NCBI GenBank assembly: GCA_030704615.1
Contig: CM060732.1
Coordinates: 45,198,001 to 45,262,000 of the forward strand
DNA length: 64,000 nucleotides
Reading direction: 5' to 3'
Source: Takakia lepidozioides
Taxonomy: Eukaryota; Plantae; Bryophyta
Shown: positions 35,540 to 46,443 of the stretch, one piece after another
Numbering within the stretch: position 1 is the first letter of the stretch
How the letters are laid out: the number at the start of each line of letters is the position of its first letter
Translations under genes and position numbers: made by a program
The notes under the pieces: model-generated
Databases searched by the model: none
What the model saw: only the letters and a program-made list of their open reading frames with translations
Told to the model about the DNA's origin: nothing

Positions 35540-36365
35540 ACGGGCCACCACAGACCAGCACAGGCCCACACAGCTCACAGGCCACAGCCTGTCACAGCCC
35601 TACACAGGTCACAGGGTCACAGCCCACAGGCCGCAGCCTGTCACAGCCTGTCACAGCCCGTCACAGCCCCACAGGCCCACACAGCCTGCCACAGCCTGTC
35701 ACAGCCCCGCACAGCCCGTCACAGCCCCACAGGCCACTGGCACAGCCTTCACAGCCTGTCACAGCCCAAAGGCCTAGGCACGGCCTGACACAACCCCTCA
35801 CCCGTCATAGCCCCAAAGGCCTCAGGCACGGCCCGTCACAGCCCCTCACAGCCCCAAAGGCCTCAGGCACGGCCTGTCACAGCCCCAAAGGCCACGGCAC
35901 AACCTGTCACAGCCCCGCACAGCCCGTCACACCCCCACCACCGGCGTAGCCCGTCACAGGCCCTCATAGCCCGTCACAACCCGAAGGCCACCGCACACAG
36001 GCCCTCACAGCCCCACAAGGCCCCGCCACCGGCACAGCCCTCACAGCCACAGCCCCCACCGGCGTAGCCCGGCACACAGCCCCTCACAGCCCCTCACAGC
36101 CCCTCACAGCCCCAAAGGCCCAGGGCCTGTCACAGCCCTCACAGCCCATCACAGCCCCAAAGGCCACGGGCTGTCACAGCCCGCGCCCGGCCAGGGGCGC
36201 ACCCGTGACAGCCCCTCATCACAGCCCCAAAAGGCCACCGGCACAGCCCCTCGCAGCCCGGCCCAGCCCGTCACAGCCCCAAAGGCCAGGGGCGCAGCCC
36301 GTGACAGCCCCTCACAGCCCATCACAGCCCCAAAAGGCCACCGGCACAGCCCGACACAGCCCCAT
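35540..36365 (+). repeat. Degenerate tandem array of CACAGCCC/TGTCACAGCC units in the retroelement leader
   Basis: About 830 bp with dozens of cacagccc units, G-rich (GGGCTGTG) on the element's sense strand. Confidence 0.9.
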
Positions 36366-36859
36366 CCATGGCCGCTCTAGCAGTTTAGCCATTTCTCCAA
36401 GGGGTTTAGCCACGCCAAGCTAGGGTTTGTGTCTCTTGGACTCTAGGCTTCTTTCCACCGAGCTATGGCGGCTGTGAGGAATCAGCAAGGTATTCTTGCT
36501 CTTTCGGCTCCCACACACCACCATAGTAGCCCTAAGCCATGAGGTGGTTGCCACAAACCAAGCCTTCTTTCTCACTTAGCCTCCCCAAACACACCACTAA
36601 ACTCAATGGCAAACAACCAAGCCCTGTTGGTTCCCAGCCCTTGTGAGCACTCATTCAAGTACTCTCCTTGGCCATAGCATCTGTCTTAGAGCCTATTCCA
36701 GCCCCCTACACCTGCTGCTTCAAGAGTTGCGCTCCCTTCAAGCTTGAAGTTGAAACCCCAACTCACATAGGCCCTACAAGTGCTTTTCTTTCACTCCAAG
36801 TGGAAACCAGCCCTAGACCTTCCGTTCTAGCTCTCTAAAGCTTGAAAACAAGAGCCTCA

Positions 36860-37125
36860 ATGGGCTGAAGGCATGCTCCACACATGCCCCACTCTCACCA
36901 TAAGAGAATCAGCTCCTTTGCTTCATTTCTTGCACCCACAAACCTGAAAATACAAGCTTCGGGCTGAAAGCATGCTCCACATGCTCTACATGGAAACCAG
37001 CCCCTTCCTTCATTTCTTGCACTCCCACACCTGAAAGTGCAAGCCTTCACCAGGCTGATAGCATGCTCCACACATGCATTGCCCTCAAAGCTTCAATGAG
37101 CTGAATACATGCTCCACACATGCAA
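36860..37125 (+). repeat. Four spaced copies of GCTGAANGCATGCTCCACACATGC
   Basis: Copies near 36863, 36962, 37054 and 37100. Confidence 0.75.
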
Positions 37126-37700
37126 CCAGTTCTCAGCTTTGCCACCAAAGCCACTATAACCTGCTCTTGACTGGTCCTCTTCCCAATCGTGCTTGCTCAT
37201 GCATGTACACAATCTGAAACCATCAAGGTGCTCTGGAATTACCTGCAGCATGGCGCTTTCATCTCTGAAGCTGAAGATCGAATGCCAAGGTCTACCACCT
37301 CGTAACCCACATTGCCTCCGCTTCTAACAACCAAGAGCTCCACGGTGCTCCTTGCATAACAACTTGGTTTCTCTCATTCTCAAGCAAAAACCACAAGTGC
37401 TACAACTAACTCGTATCTGGCACTCACAGATACGAGCTGATCTTTCTCGAGTGATAACGAAGAAGAATACAAGCACAAGCTCATGCGAGCTCACAAAGCT
37501 GAAGCATAAACTCATGTATATATAACCTCATCACTCAAATACAAGTCAAGCCAAGTGCACCCCACACCATGGGGAATCCACACTACGGTGCCATAGCTAG
37601 GCGCGGTGAGGCTCAACTCGAGAAAGATGAGCCTCCCGCGCTTGCCGTGAAGATAACCACTCTAGGGCCTAAATCTGCCTTGACCCCTGGATTGACACTT

Positions 37701-37779
37701 GGGCCAATCCCAAATGTCAATATGTAAAAGCTAGCTATTTCCTAGCTAGTTTCACACTAGTGGTAAAATAACTTGACAA
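37701..37779 (+). repeat. 79-bp direct repeat, copy 1 (copy 2 at 50321-50399)
   Basis: gggccaatcccaaatgtcaatatgtaaaagctagctatttcctagctagtttcacactagtg..acttgacaa, 77/79 identical. Confidence 0.95.
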
Positions 37780-38880
37780 ACTGATCCATAGTCTCCCATT
37801 TGTTTTCGGATATCATGCGTTGCCGATTGAATTGAAATGTGGCGTATAAAGCAGATCGGCCAATGTGATATCTGAATCTCAGTGTTGAACGATCGACAAC
37901 ACATTTAATGACATCTGCTCCAATGGTGATTTTTGTATCCCATCCACTATCCATCAGTGATTCCAACAGCTTCTCACATGGTTCTTTGAAATTGAACATG
38001 GTATTGCTCTTAGAGATACTATTGGCCACGGAAAATAGATCTACCATTACTCTGATTGACATAAACCATTGTAAGTGGGTTGATTTGCTTCCTGTTCTTG
38101 GATTCATAGAGGATAAGAAATCAGACCGCAACTTAAGTCTGAAAGACTCACTCATCGCCATGTCCGGTAATGGCCAAGCTGGGTCACTAAAACCAGGAAG
38201 AGGGATTGGCTGCACTGTTCCAAACTTGGATCTACCGTTGCGTGGGGTTTAAAATGCATTGTAGAAGTACACATGATCGCGTAGAAGCTCCTTGTGCGTT
38301 CGATTTCCACGGCAAGCCTCACCTACTTCGGCGTGCACCACATATAGAACATCCATTATACTCTTCGGATCAATCCAATCTTCAAAGGTGGAAAGGTATA
38401 GGTCTGCAATAAAACCCCACCCTCATCATATAGTTGTTCCACTGTGCACAATACAAGGTGAACTTGATAGCAAATAATGTAAACTTATGAGGATCTTAGA
38501 CAACTCACAATTGCAATCACCTCTGCCGAAAGCTGCAACTGGAGGCAAATCGAGTTGTCGTTGCATGTAAGCATGTTGAACACAAATTTTGGATACCGCT
38601 GTGGATCCACCTTCGAAACAAAACTTCAGCACCTTGTTCGCCCCCTCTGTTGTAGAAGTTCTGCCGTGCTTCAATGAATCTTTAGCATGATCGCCTCTTC
38701 TACCCGACATCAATGCTACCCAAGAGTTACTCTCCACCTTTATGGGTATCCAATTATCATCCTCATCTTTCGAATTGAACAAGATCGCAGATCCTACTTC
38801 ACTTCGTGGCCGCATTTTGTTTCAGATTCACAATTCCCTCTGTATCCCACCAAGAAATCAACTTAGGATTTGGAATGAGA
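37757..38880 (-). pseudogene. Two-exon gene of unknown function with a BAH-like domain; premature stop
   Basis: A phase-1 GT-AG intron at 38508-38404 joins KICVQHAYMQRQL..GDCN to YLYLSTFEDWIDPKSIMDVLYVVH..DHVYFYNAF*. The TAA is at 38249-38251 and the frame continues to VKLFYH* at 37757. Confidence 0.5.
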
Positions 38881-39739
38881 TTTGGAACATGAGATTTGGA
38901 TTTGCAGCTTTTCTGCACCTGTCAGCTTTGCATCGCCGGGGATTCGGCCAGCTGCTGTGTTCAGACTAGCAGCTAGACTCTGTGAGAGTGGTGATGCATC
39001 TACACTATCTGCGGAGATAACAGATAAGGTCTATGGATGCTTTGGATTCGAGGGTGAAGTCATCGTGCCATGGCAAGCGGCAGCTGCAAACCCGGGGGGT
39101 GCACTCCAGCCAATATGTACCAGCCACGTGCGTGCACAGGAGGGGTATTTTAAACCCCTCCATGTACAACATTATACATATAGAGGGGGTTTATATCACC
39201 TTAAATATAATCTTACAGGAGGGGGTTACTAAGTTTTAGGAGTAGTCTAATGGTAAGGGCGTAGAATGTGGCGTGACACATCGCGGGATCAAATCGCGAT
39301 GCAATGTCTTTTTTTTTTTTTTTTTTTTTTTCTCCCCGCAATCTGTCTCCCGCGGGCTCTCTTTTCCCTCCTCCCCCGCACCCCTTCCGTGTCAGCATGG
39401 TCTTAGCATGCCATGAGCTTTGTGACCCCCTCTCTTTCTTGTTTCTTTTTTCCTCTTATCCCATAAGATCTTTGAGCTTCCTGCAGCCATTGTGAAGTAC
39501 AATCGCATTCTACCAAGATTTGGCGTTTGCGGAATAGTAGCACCCTTCCATGGCCTAAGCATACTCAACAAGGCCTGGCTCCGGAGGCTGAGACAGAAGC
39601 TTTAGTTCATCTTGTGGCTCCTGAGAAACCTGGTCGCTATCTCTCATTGGCGTCTGGTAGCACCTGCTGGTCCTAAGTTTGGTCATCGGGTTTGGGTTTT
39701 GATTCAGGTATGTCCAAACTGATTGCTTTTCTTTCGTTC

Positions 39740-41231
39740 TGTTCCTCTGCGCCTCTCCACCTATCCTCAGCCTCGAGACTTTCAAAGTTGGTAAACAGGG
39801 GTATAGGCACAATTCCCTTGATAGAATTGAAGAGAGCGTCTCTTTGGTGAGAGAACCCCAGACAGTGTATCAGAAAACGAATATTGTCTTCAGGTTGCCC
39901 ACACAACGGACAATTGCACTCTCCCTTTCCTCGCTGCTTCTGTTTGCTGTTCAAAGGTAGGCTTCCTGCCCTGAGTTTAAATTTCAGTCTAGTGCCAAGA
40001 GTGGGTAGACCCTTGAGGTCATCCAAGATGTCCACCCCCATGTCACTGACGGGAACAAGTTCAGGGAAGTTCTCTACCTAACTTCATTTTCATCAGACAA
40101 TCTCATGGCAACAGACATGGCTTCAGACACTACAGCCTCTAAGTCAGATTTATCCAGCAGGGTCAAGACTTGTGGATCCAGGTCAAGGTCCTTGAGAATC
40201 TTTTCTACTCTCTTCTGCCAGGACTTCGCCTGTTTGACAGGGTTTAGGGTTTCCAAGATATAGAGTCGATTAACTTAGGATATCTGGTGTTGGGCATATG
40301 TTGCAGCTGACCCCACCATCTGACCTTGATTTCATCTCGTCGGGAGCTTAATGATGGAATGCCAAACTCACCCCGAACAGCCACATTGGCTGTTTTGGAG
40401 CATGCTGACATACATTCCTTAAGCGCCCCCACTTGAATGGATTCTAGAGACTTAGCCTGGTTGGAGTTATCAACCCATATAGCAGATCCGTACTCCAAGG
40501 CAGGTCTAATAACGCGAGAAAGCATGGTTTTCTTAACCTCAGAGTTGACCCCTGTGCAGTGGAAAATTTAGTGAGCCCCAGAGCTTTGCCCATTTGGTGA
40601 GAGAACCCCAGACAGTGTATCAGAAAATGAATATTGTCTTCAGATTGCCCACACAATGGGAAGTGCACTCCCCCTTTCCTCTCTGCTTCTGTTAGATGTC
40701 CTCCCCCATGTCACTGACTAAAAACAAGTTCAGGGAAGTTTTCTGCCTAACTTCATTTTCATCAGACAATCTCATGGCAACAGACATGGCTTTGGACACT
40801 ACAGCCTCTAAGTCGGATTTATCCAGCAGGGTCAAGACTTGCGGATCCAGGTCCAGGTCCTTGAGAATCTCTTCTACTCTGGTGTTGGGAAAACACCTTT
40901 TGATCTCAGTCCAAACCAGGAAGTGGTCAGAGGTACCAATATCAGTTCTGTCGATCATCGAAGAGAAACACTCGGGGAACAAATTTTTGTCCATTATGAT
41001 ATAGTCCACAATGGAACGTTCCCCAGTTTGGGATTTCTCACGAGTCCACTGCACTTGGTCACCTCTTGTCTTGTTATTCAAGGTCAAAAGCTGAAGCTCT
41101 TCCAGACAGTTAATTAACCGTCTGCCATTAGAATTCAGCTCGTCCTCACCAGAAGACCCAATGATATCGTCCTGATGGAGCCCTTTGCCCACTTGCGCAT
41201 TGAAGTCACCTTGCAATAGCACCACAAACAT
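39740..41231 (-). mobile_element. Rearranged LINE ORF2 fragments (APE endonuclease, RT C-terminus, zinc finger) nested in the P-like element
   Basis: QGDFNAQVG..SIVDYII..SDHFLVW (APE); RPALEYGSAIW; CPLCGQPEDNIRFL. Internal duplications 40074-40210/40745-40880 and 39840-39945/40590-40692. Confidence 0.85.
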
Positions 41232-41805
41232 GAAGAGAAGCTTTGGAATCTGACACTTTTCTGCCCCCAGTCAATGGTGGGACAATGTGGGTGGATGGTC
41301 AACTGGAAACTGCAGCGCAACAGCGCAATTGATAGAGCAAGGCATTGCTGATGAAGGTACCTTCTTCAACACATTTCAGCCTGAGGGCACCTTCTGGTTT
41401 GACCTGTTTCAGCCTGTTTTTCCTCTCATCCTCCTCAGCCCTGAAGCATATGTATTGAATTCTGTAAGTTAGCTCGTTGGGTGGATTTGCGGTGCGTTGG
41501 AGTGACTTTGCAAGTTTAGGGCCGAGGTGGCAGCATGACAGGGAGGGGTAGCTGTTGATGCAGGGAGAGGATCGTGGGTGCAAAATCATCCAAGAGGGCC
41601 AGATTTGGAGCAAGGAACAGCGCTGGCAGGAGTTCTATAAATATGATCCACAACGGTGGGACAATATTGTCAACAAGGTGAGCTTTCTTCATGCAACATC
41701 GTAGGGAGTTTGACAGAACTTTGTATTTAAATATGTTAGTGTGGAGGGAGGGTAGCCGCTGATGCAAGGATGGACTGTGGGTTCAGGATCACCCAAGAGG
41801 GCTAC
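41232..41805 (+). other. Mosaic of PDF-PPR gene-family fragments (exon and intron pieces)
   Basis: EEKLWN..PSQWWDN, WVDGQLETAA, EQRWQEFYKYDPQRWDNIVNK|gtgagc and NHPRGPD. Intron pieces aagttagctcgttgggtggat and gggtagc..gtgggtgca match 14750-16400. Confidence 0.75.
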
Positions 41806-42035
41806 CAGCAGTGGAAGTAGCAGCATTTGGTCAATAGCAGCAGCAAGAATTAGCAACGTCAAACTCATCAATCAGGTACTTGCTTCTGTATACATTTCAT
41901 CCTCTTATCAACGTAGTCCCTGCTTGGACAGCCTATAGGGTTGTATAAAACAGGACTTTGGAACCTTCCAACCCGGGTGCTTTGTTATTGGTCTATCAAG
42001 GTCTGATTTGAAATGTTTTCATTGCATTTTGCAGG

Positions 42036-45000
42036 TGAACTCATCATGGAAGAAGAGTTGGAAGTAAAAGTCCTGCTCGTTGGAGGAGATGCATCACCAA
42101 ACAGGCTTGGTTCTGTGTTCACTATGCAAGGTGTCACATACAAATGCATCCGAGCAGAAATTATAGGTGATGAGCTTGTCTCAGCAAAATTTCATTTCCT
42201 TTCCATGGGGGGTAGTGTCCTTTCAGCCAAGCAAGAAGAGAGGATGGTTCTGAAAGGGGATACTGTACACATTAAGATTTCAGACCAAAAGATGGGGACC
42301 AAGGATTGAAAAGACCTCTATCTTCCAGTGGTTCTACGATCTTGCATGAGGACAGACCAGGCGAGGACCCGGCACCAGTGTCTACCAAGATGAGGATGGA
42401 CCCTGATACACCCTTTGCTGGCGATGGTGGAAATGAAGACCATGCACATGAGCATGCACTTCAGCAGAGATCTGGTAGATTGTGCAGCACGTTGGCTACA
42501 TCCAACGATATTCAAAAATGGCAGAAAGAGATTAGAGCCGTTGAAAGGAAAATCTCTGCAGAAGGACGATGTGACAAGTTTGAGCTGATGACAAAGGATC
42601 AACAAGGACAAGCAATGTTCCACATATGGTGTGTTGAGTGTGAGGATGTTTATGCACGGTCTGGGAAAAACAAACCATATGATGCATGTGCAAACTTTAT
42701 GAGATCTCATTTGAGGAGTGAGGGCATCGCATAGCCTATGAGAGGCGTCATGGGAAGGGTTCATCACAATGTGTCATCAGCCCTGTAAATGCAGATGAAG
42801 CATTAGACGCAAAGAAGAACAGGGTGAAGGAGGCATTAGAGGAAGTCGCTCGGTTTTGTGAGGACAATCCTGGAAACAGATTTGAGATTGTGGAAGCCAC
42901 AATTGGAGACTATTCGCAGTTGGGTTCCATAAGGATTAGGTGCCCACTTGATTCGAAGTGGCTACTCTTGTTTCCAAGGACAGTTCTTTGCAATCTTCTT
43001 TGACAGAGCATGTGAAAGGAAAAACTCATGTCGATGCAGAGATTTGCCAGAAGGTTGAAAGTAGTGAAGGACCTTGCAAAAAGAGAGGAAGGCCTCCAAA
43101 GCCTATGATTGCCAAAGATGTAAAGCAACGGGATCTAAGCTCTTTCTTGGTCAGTCAACCTGTGTTGCCGTCCCCACCACTTGACAATCCAATTGTGGCA
43201 TCAACAATGGGAGCATCCTCGTCACAAACTCCATACGCTTGTGTTGACGCTGCCCAACGGGGAGATCTGATCGAGGATTGACAATTACAGCAAAGGTCCC
43301 AATGCAACAAAGGAAGAGACAGTTTGTGTTGGGGCCTATGGGATGAATGGTGGGAGTACAACCAGCAGAGAATAAGTCTGAAACCATTCCTTCAAGATAG
43401 CAAGGGAGGAAAGAAGTGGTATGTCGAGCCGTTGACAAATGCAACCATCACTCTAAACAATCAAGAGCATAAGGTTGTTGGTACGTTTCGGCACGCGGAT
43501 TGTTTTAGAGTGTCATTGGATGGGGAGCCATTTCCAAACTTGAGATGTTCAGCATGTTCTTCCATTCCCTTGGAAAATGACTTCAGAATGAGGGTATATA
43601 GAGAAAGAGGTGCCATGGAATGTAGAGGGGAGAGAGAGATACTGGCAAGGGAAGAAGGTTGTCATATCTTGGAAATGCGGAGATTGTCAAACAAGTTTAC
43701 AAAAACAGACAGGAGTTGAGGCAGTTGAGGTTCAAATTGTGGGAGGCCAGGACCAAAGTGGCATCCTTGTCTGTGCGATGTAGGAGTTTGAAGGAGTCTG
43801 GGATTGAGGCAATTGAAAGAGGAGATGTTCTCAAATTTTGTCGTGATATTGTTGATGCACATAGGAGGGGGATTTTGAAGGAAAAGAAAGTTTGTGGGAT
43901 TTTCTTGTTGATATGGGCAAGAATATTGACAGGTCTCCACAAGGGAAGAGGTATGGTACTAGCACAAAAACAATGTTTGAGACTGTGCAGCTTTGGGGGG
44001 TCCGAGATTGCATCATTTTTTGGCTTCAAATGTGGGGGGTCCTTCTATTGATACTACAAGACGGTCTTTGAGGAAAGGTTTGAAGTATAGAGCGGGAGAA
44101 ACGGATGATATATTTCAGCATGTGGCTGGAATTTACAGAGATGTGATGGAAGATGCAAATATTCCATTGGGAAGCATCCCAGTGATGGTGGCCGAAGATG
44201 AAACTGTTGTGAAGCGATTGGTACGTTGGATTGCTAGGGATGACACCCTTCTCGGGTTTTGTGGGCTTCAAGACAACCATGTATGTATTTCAAATTTTGT
44301 GGTGCAAGTGGGAGAAGGGGAATCAGGGTACAAACATATTGTGGAGGCATTCAAAAACAATGTGGTTGCCCATTATGCTAGAGTGTTGATAGCAAATCCT
44401 CTACATGTACGGTTACCTCGATTGGTATTGGTAATCCAGCTCACTTGCAATAGATTTGACAACAATTTTGTGAGATCACAATGGGAAGTGGTGAGACAGT
44501 TGTGGGACAAATATGTGAGGGACGTGGGTCCTATAATTGGGCATGCTTCAGACGGAGATAGTAGGAGGAGAAAAGTGATGTTAGAAGATTATGCCAATGG
44601 GGCTGGAAGTAGATTTTGCATCCCTTGGGAAGGATGGTTGTTTACAGGTCGAGTGTGCAACGGGGGAGATATATACGGACTCCATGATCAGGACTTCATC
44701 CACAATGGGAAAAAATTGGTAAATCCCTTGGACAGTGCATCACGGACTTTGGTGTTGGGTGATGAGGTTGCTACATTGAATCATGTGTTATTGGTCTACC
44801 ATTCATTTTCAGTGGACAAGCATGGACTTCGGGAATGTGATATCAAAAGAGAAGATCGACAGAATTGGGCAGCAGCTCAACGACTGGCATCTCGGAAGGT
44901 GCAAGCTTGTTTGAGGGAGTTACAATCAACTGTGAATCATCGAAGAGAGAGGACCAAAGGTACTGAAATTTACCTATACATCATTTCATGCTACATCGAC

Positions 45001-46443
45001 ATTTTTTTGTCTCCTCACATGTCATTGTGTGAGAGGGTACAATCTGCTGCGAAGGTATCATTTTTTTTTCAGATTGTGGAAGTTGTGGCTATTCCACCAC
45101 GAGGTGTATAATCTGAAATCCTTCTTCATTAGCAGGGAAGCATACTTGGATTTACAAATTTCATGCCACTACGTGGTTCTACTTATCAAATTGTTCAAGG
45201 ATAAGTTTAATCATGTGCAAGTTCCTTTGAGCCTTGTTTGTTCAGATGTGTGTGAAATATTCTTCAGCAAAGTGGGAGGTATGTTACGGAATGAGAGGAC
45301 ATATGACGGGTGTGATTTGATTGAGAGTGCGGGAGCATTAACACGCATATCCGAGTTCGAGGCGAATCCAAAAGGACCCAAGTTCTCAAGAGCTCACAAG
45401 AAACAAGAACACATATGGTCTTCTTTGGAGAAGAAGCCAGGTATCCCCCTTGCTGATTTGTCCGACTTTTTCTACTGTCCCAATCGGATGATTGCATTGT
45501 GGAGGCTTTGAAAACTGGATTTCTAGAAGCGCAACTTTTATGCCATAAACTTGGGATGAAACCAAACAAAGCAACAAACTTGGATTGGTGGAATGAGCCA
45601 TGGACAATTGAGAGACAAATGGAGGAGGAGGGTGATGATGTCGATGCCATAGATTCTATTTGTCCTCTTAATGCAGACACACATATTCAAAATGAGGTCG
45701 TGGAAGATGAATTGGTGTGCGGGCCTTCGAATTCAATGGAGGATGTTTTGAGCCAACCTTTGGATGATCATGCGGAAGAGGTACTTGTTCAAAGTGAATT
45801 GAGACATACTCTGGATGCTGTCATTGATGAGTTTGAACAAGAGAAAGATGGATCGAAGGCAGTGGTTCCATTTGTCAAAGTAGACGGGAAGACCATATTC
45901 AAAAGCACTTTGGTTAGCCAACTCAATGGCAACCCTACTCTATCCAAGGATAGATTGACACGAGTAAGAAGTGCATCGATGTTGTTTTGCCGAGAAAACA
46001 AACCAACTACCAACAACAAAGCCACGAGCTTGGGATTGGGTTCGGATTGTGCTGTATTTTTTGTTGATGGGGAGACTGCGATCCAAACTACAAACAGGAA
46101 AGGTAGACCAGGGAAAACCTGCAGAGGAGCAACCAAAGGCACTTGGTATTTGGGCAGGGTTCAAAGAATGCGGAAGAAAATCAATAAGCGGTTTGTAGAA
46201 TGTAGGGATTCTGTTGATTTATTGGAGCGTCCTTCTCATATGGAGATTGGGTTAGCATGGTACCAAAAAATTCGAGGAGGGGTCTATACGTACGATTTGA
46301 CGGATAACATGATGGTTGATTTGGATTCCATTATCGCGTTAGCATGTTTAAAGTACAATGTCAAGTCAAACACATATGTTCTTGATGCAAATGATCGAAA
46401 AGTCTTTGACAACTTTATCAAAGGCAATTTTTTTTTAAATTAA
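42036..46443 (+). pseudogene. P-element/THAP9-like DDE transposase with N-terminal zinc fingers, multiply frameshifted
   Basis: VAEDETVVKRLVRW..DTLLGFC, ASDGDSRRRK, QDFIHNGKKLVNPL (DxxH), DRQNWAAAQRL and SDVCEIFFSKVGG parallel the P-superfamily motifs FDEM../CDMG/DxPHLxK/KMxVxxAAQ/QDxLENxF. N-terminal WCVEC..HLRSEG and IRCPLD..HVKGKTH are zinc-finger-like. Confidence 0.72.

Larger units (their letters stand above)
31385..37697 (-). mobile_element. DNMT-carrying (LTR-type) retroelement, copy 1: putative LTR/long 5' leader - gag - aspartic protease - DNMT3-like C5-MTase; 3' truncated
   Basis: Gag core (EELRGNYQG..LQEFQRKPTESLREAF) with zinc knuckles CWTCGGPHVKKDC and CGHCGKHGHGEAQC; protease VLLDSGAQ; MTase motifs DLFGGISTG, AGWPCQG, YILENV, RAHRPRLWWTNL. 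Several frameshifts. The right boundary (TGTCAA at 37697, TATATATA near 37520) is tentative. Confidence 0.8.

Noticed and set aside
35162-36423. His/Ser/Pro-rich ORFs; CRISPR-like appearance of the repeats
   Set aside because: ORFs are translations of the CACAGCCC array. There is no constant repeat with unique spacers, and the context is eukaryotic.
36421-36428. TAGGGTTT telomere-like motif
   Set aside because: Single copy, not an array.
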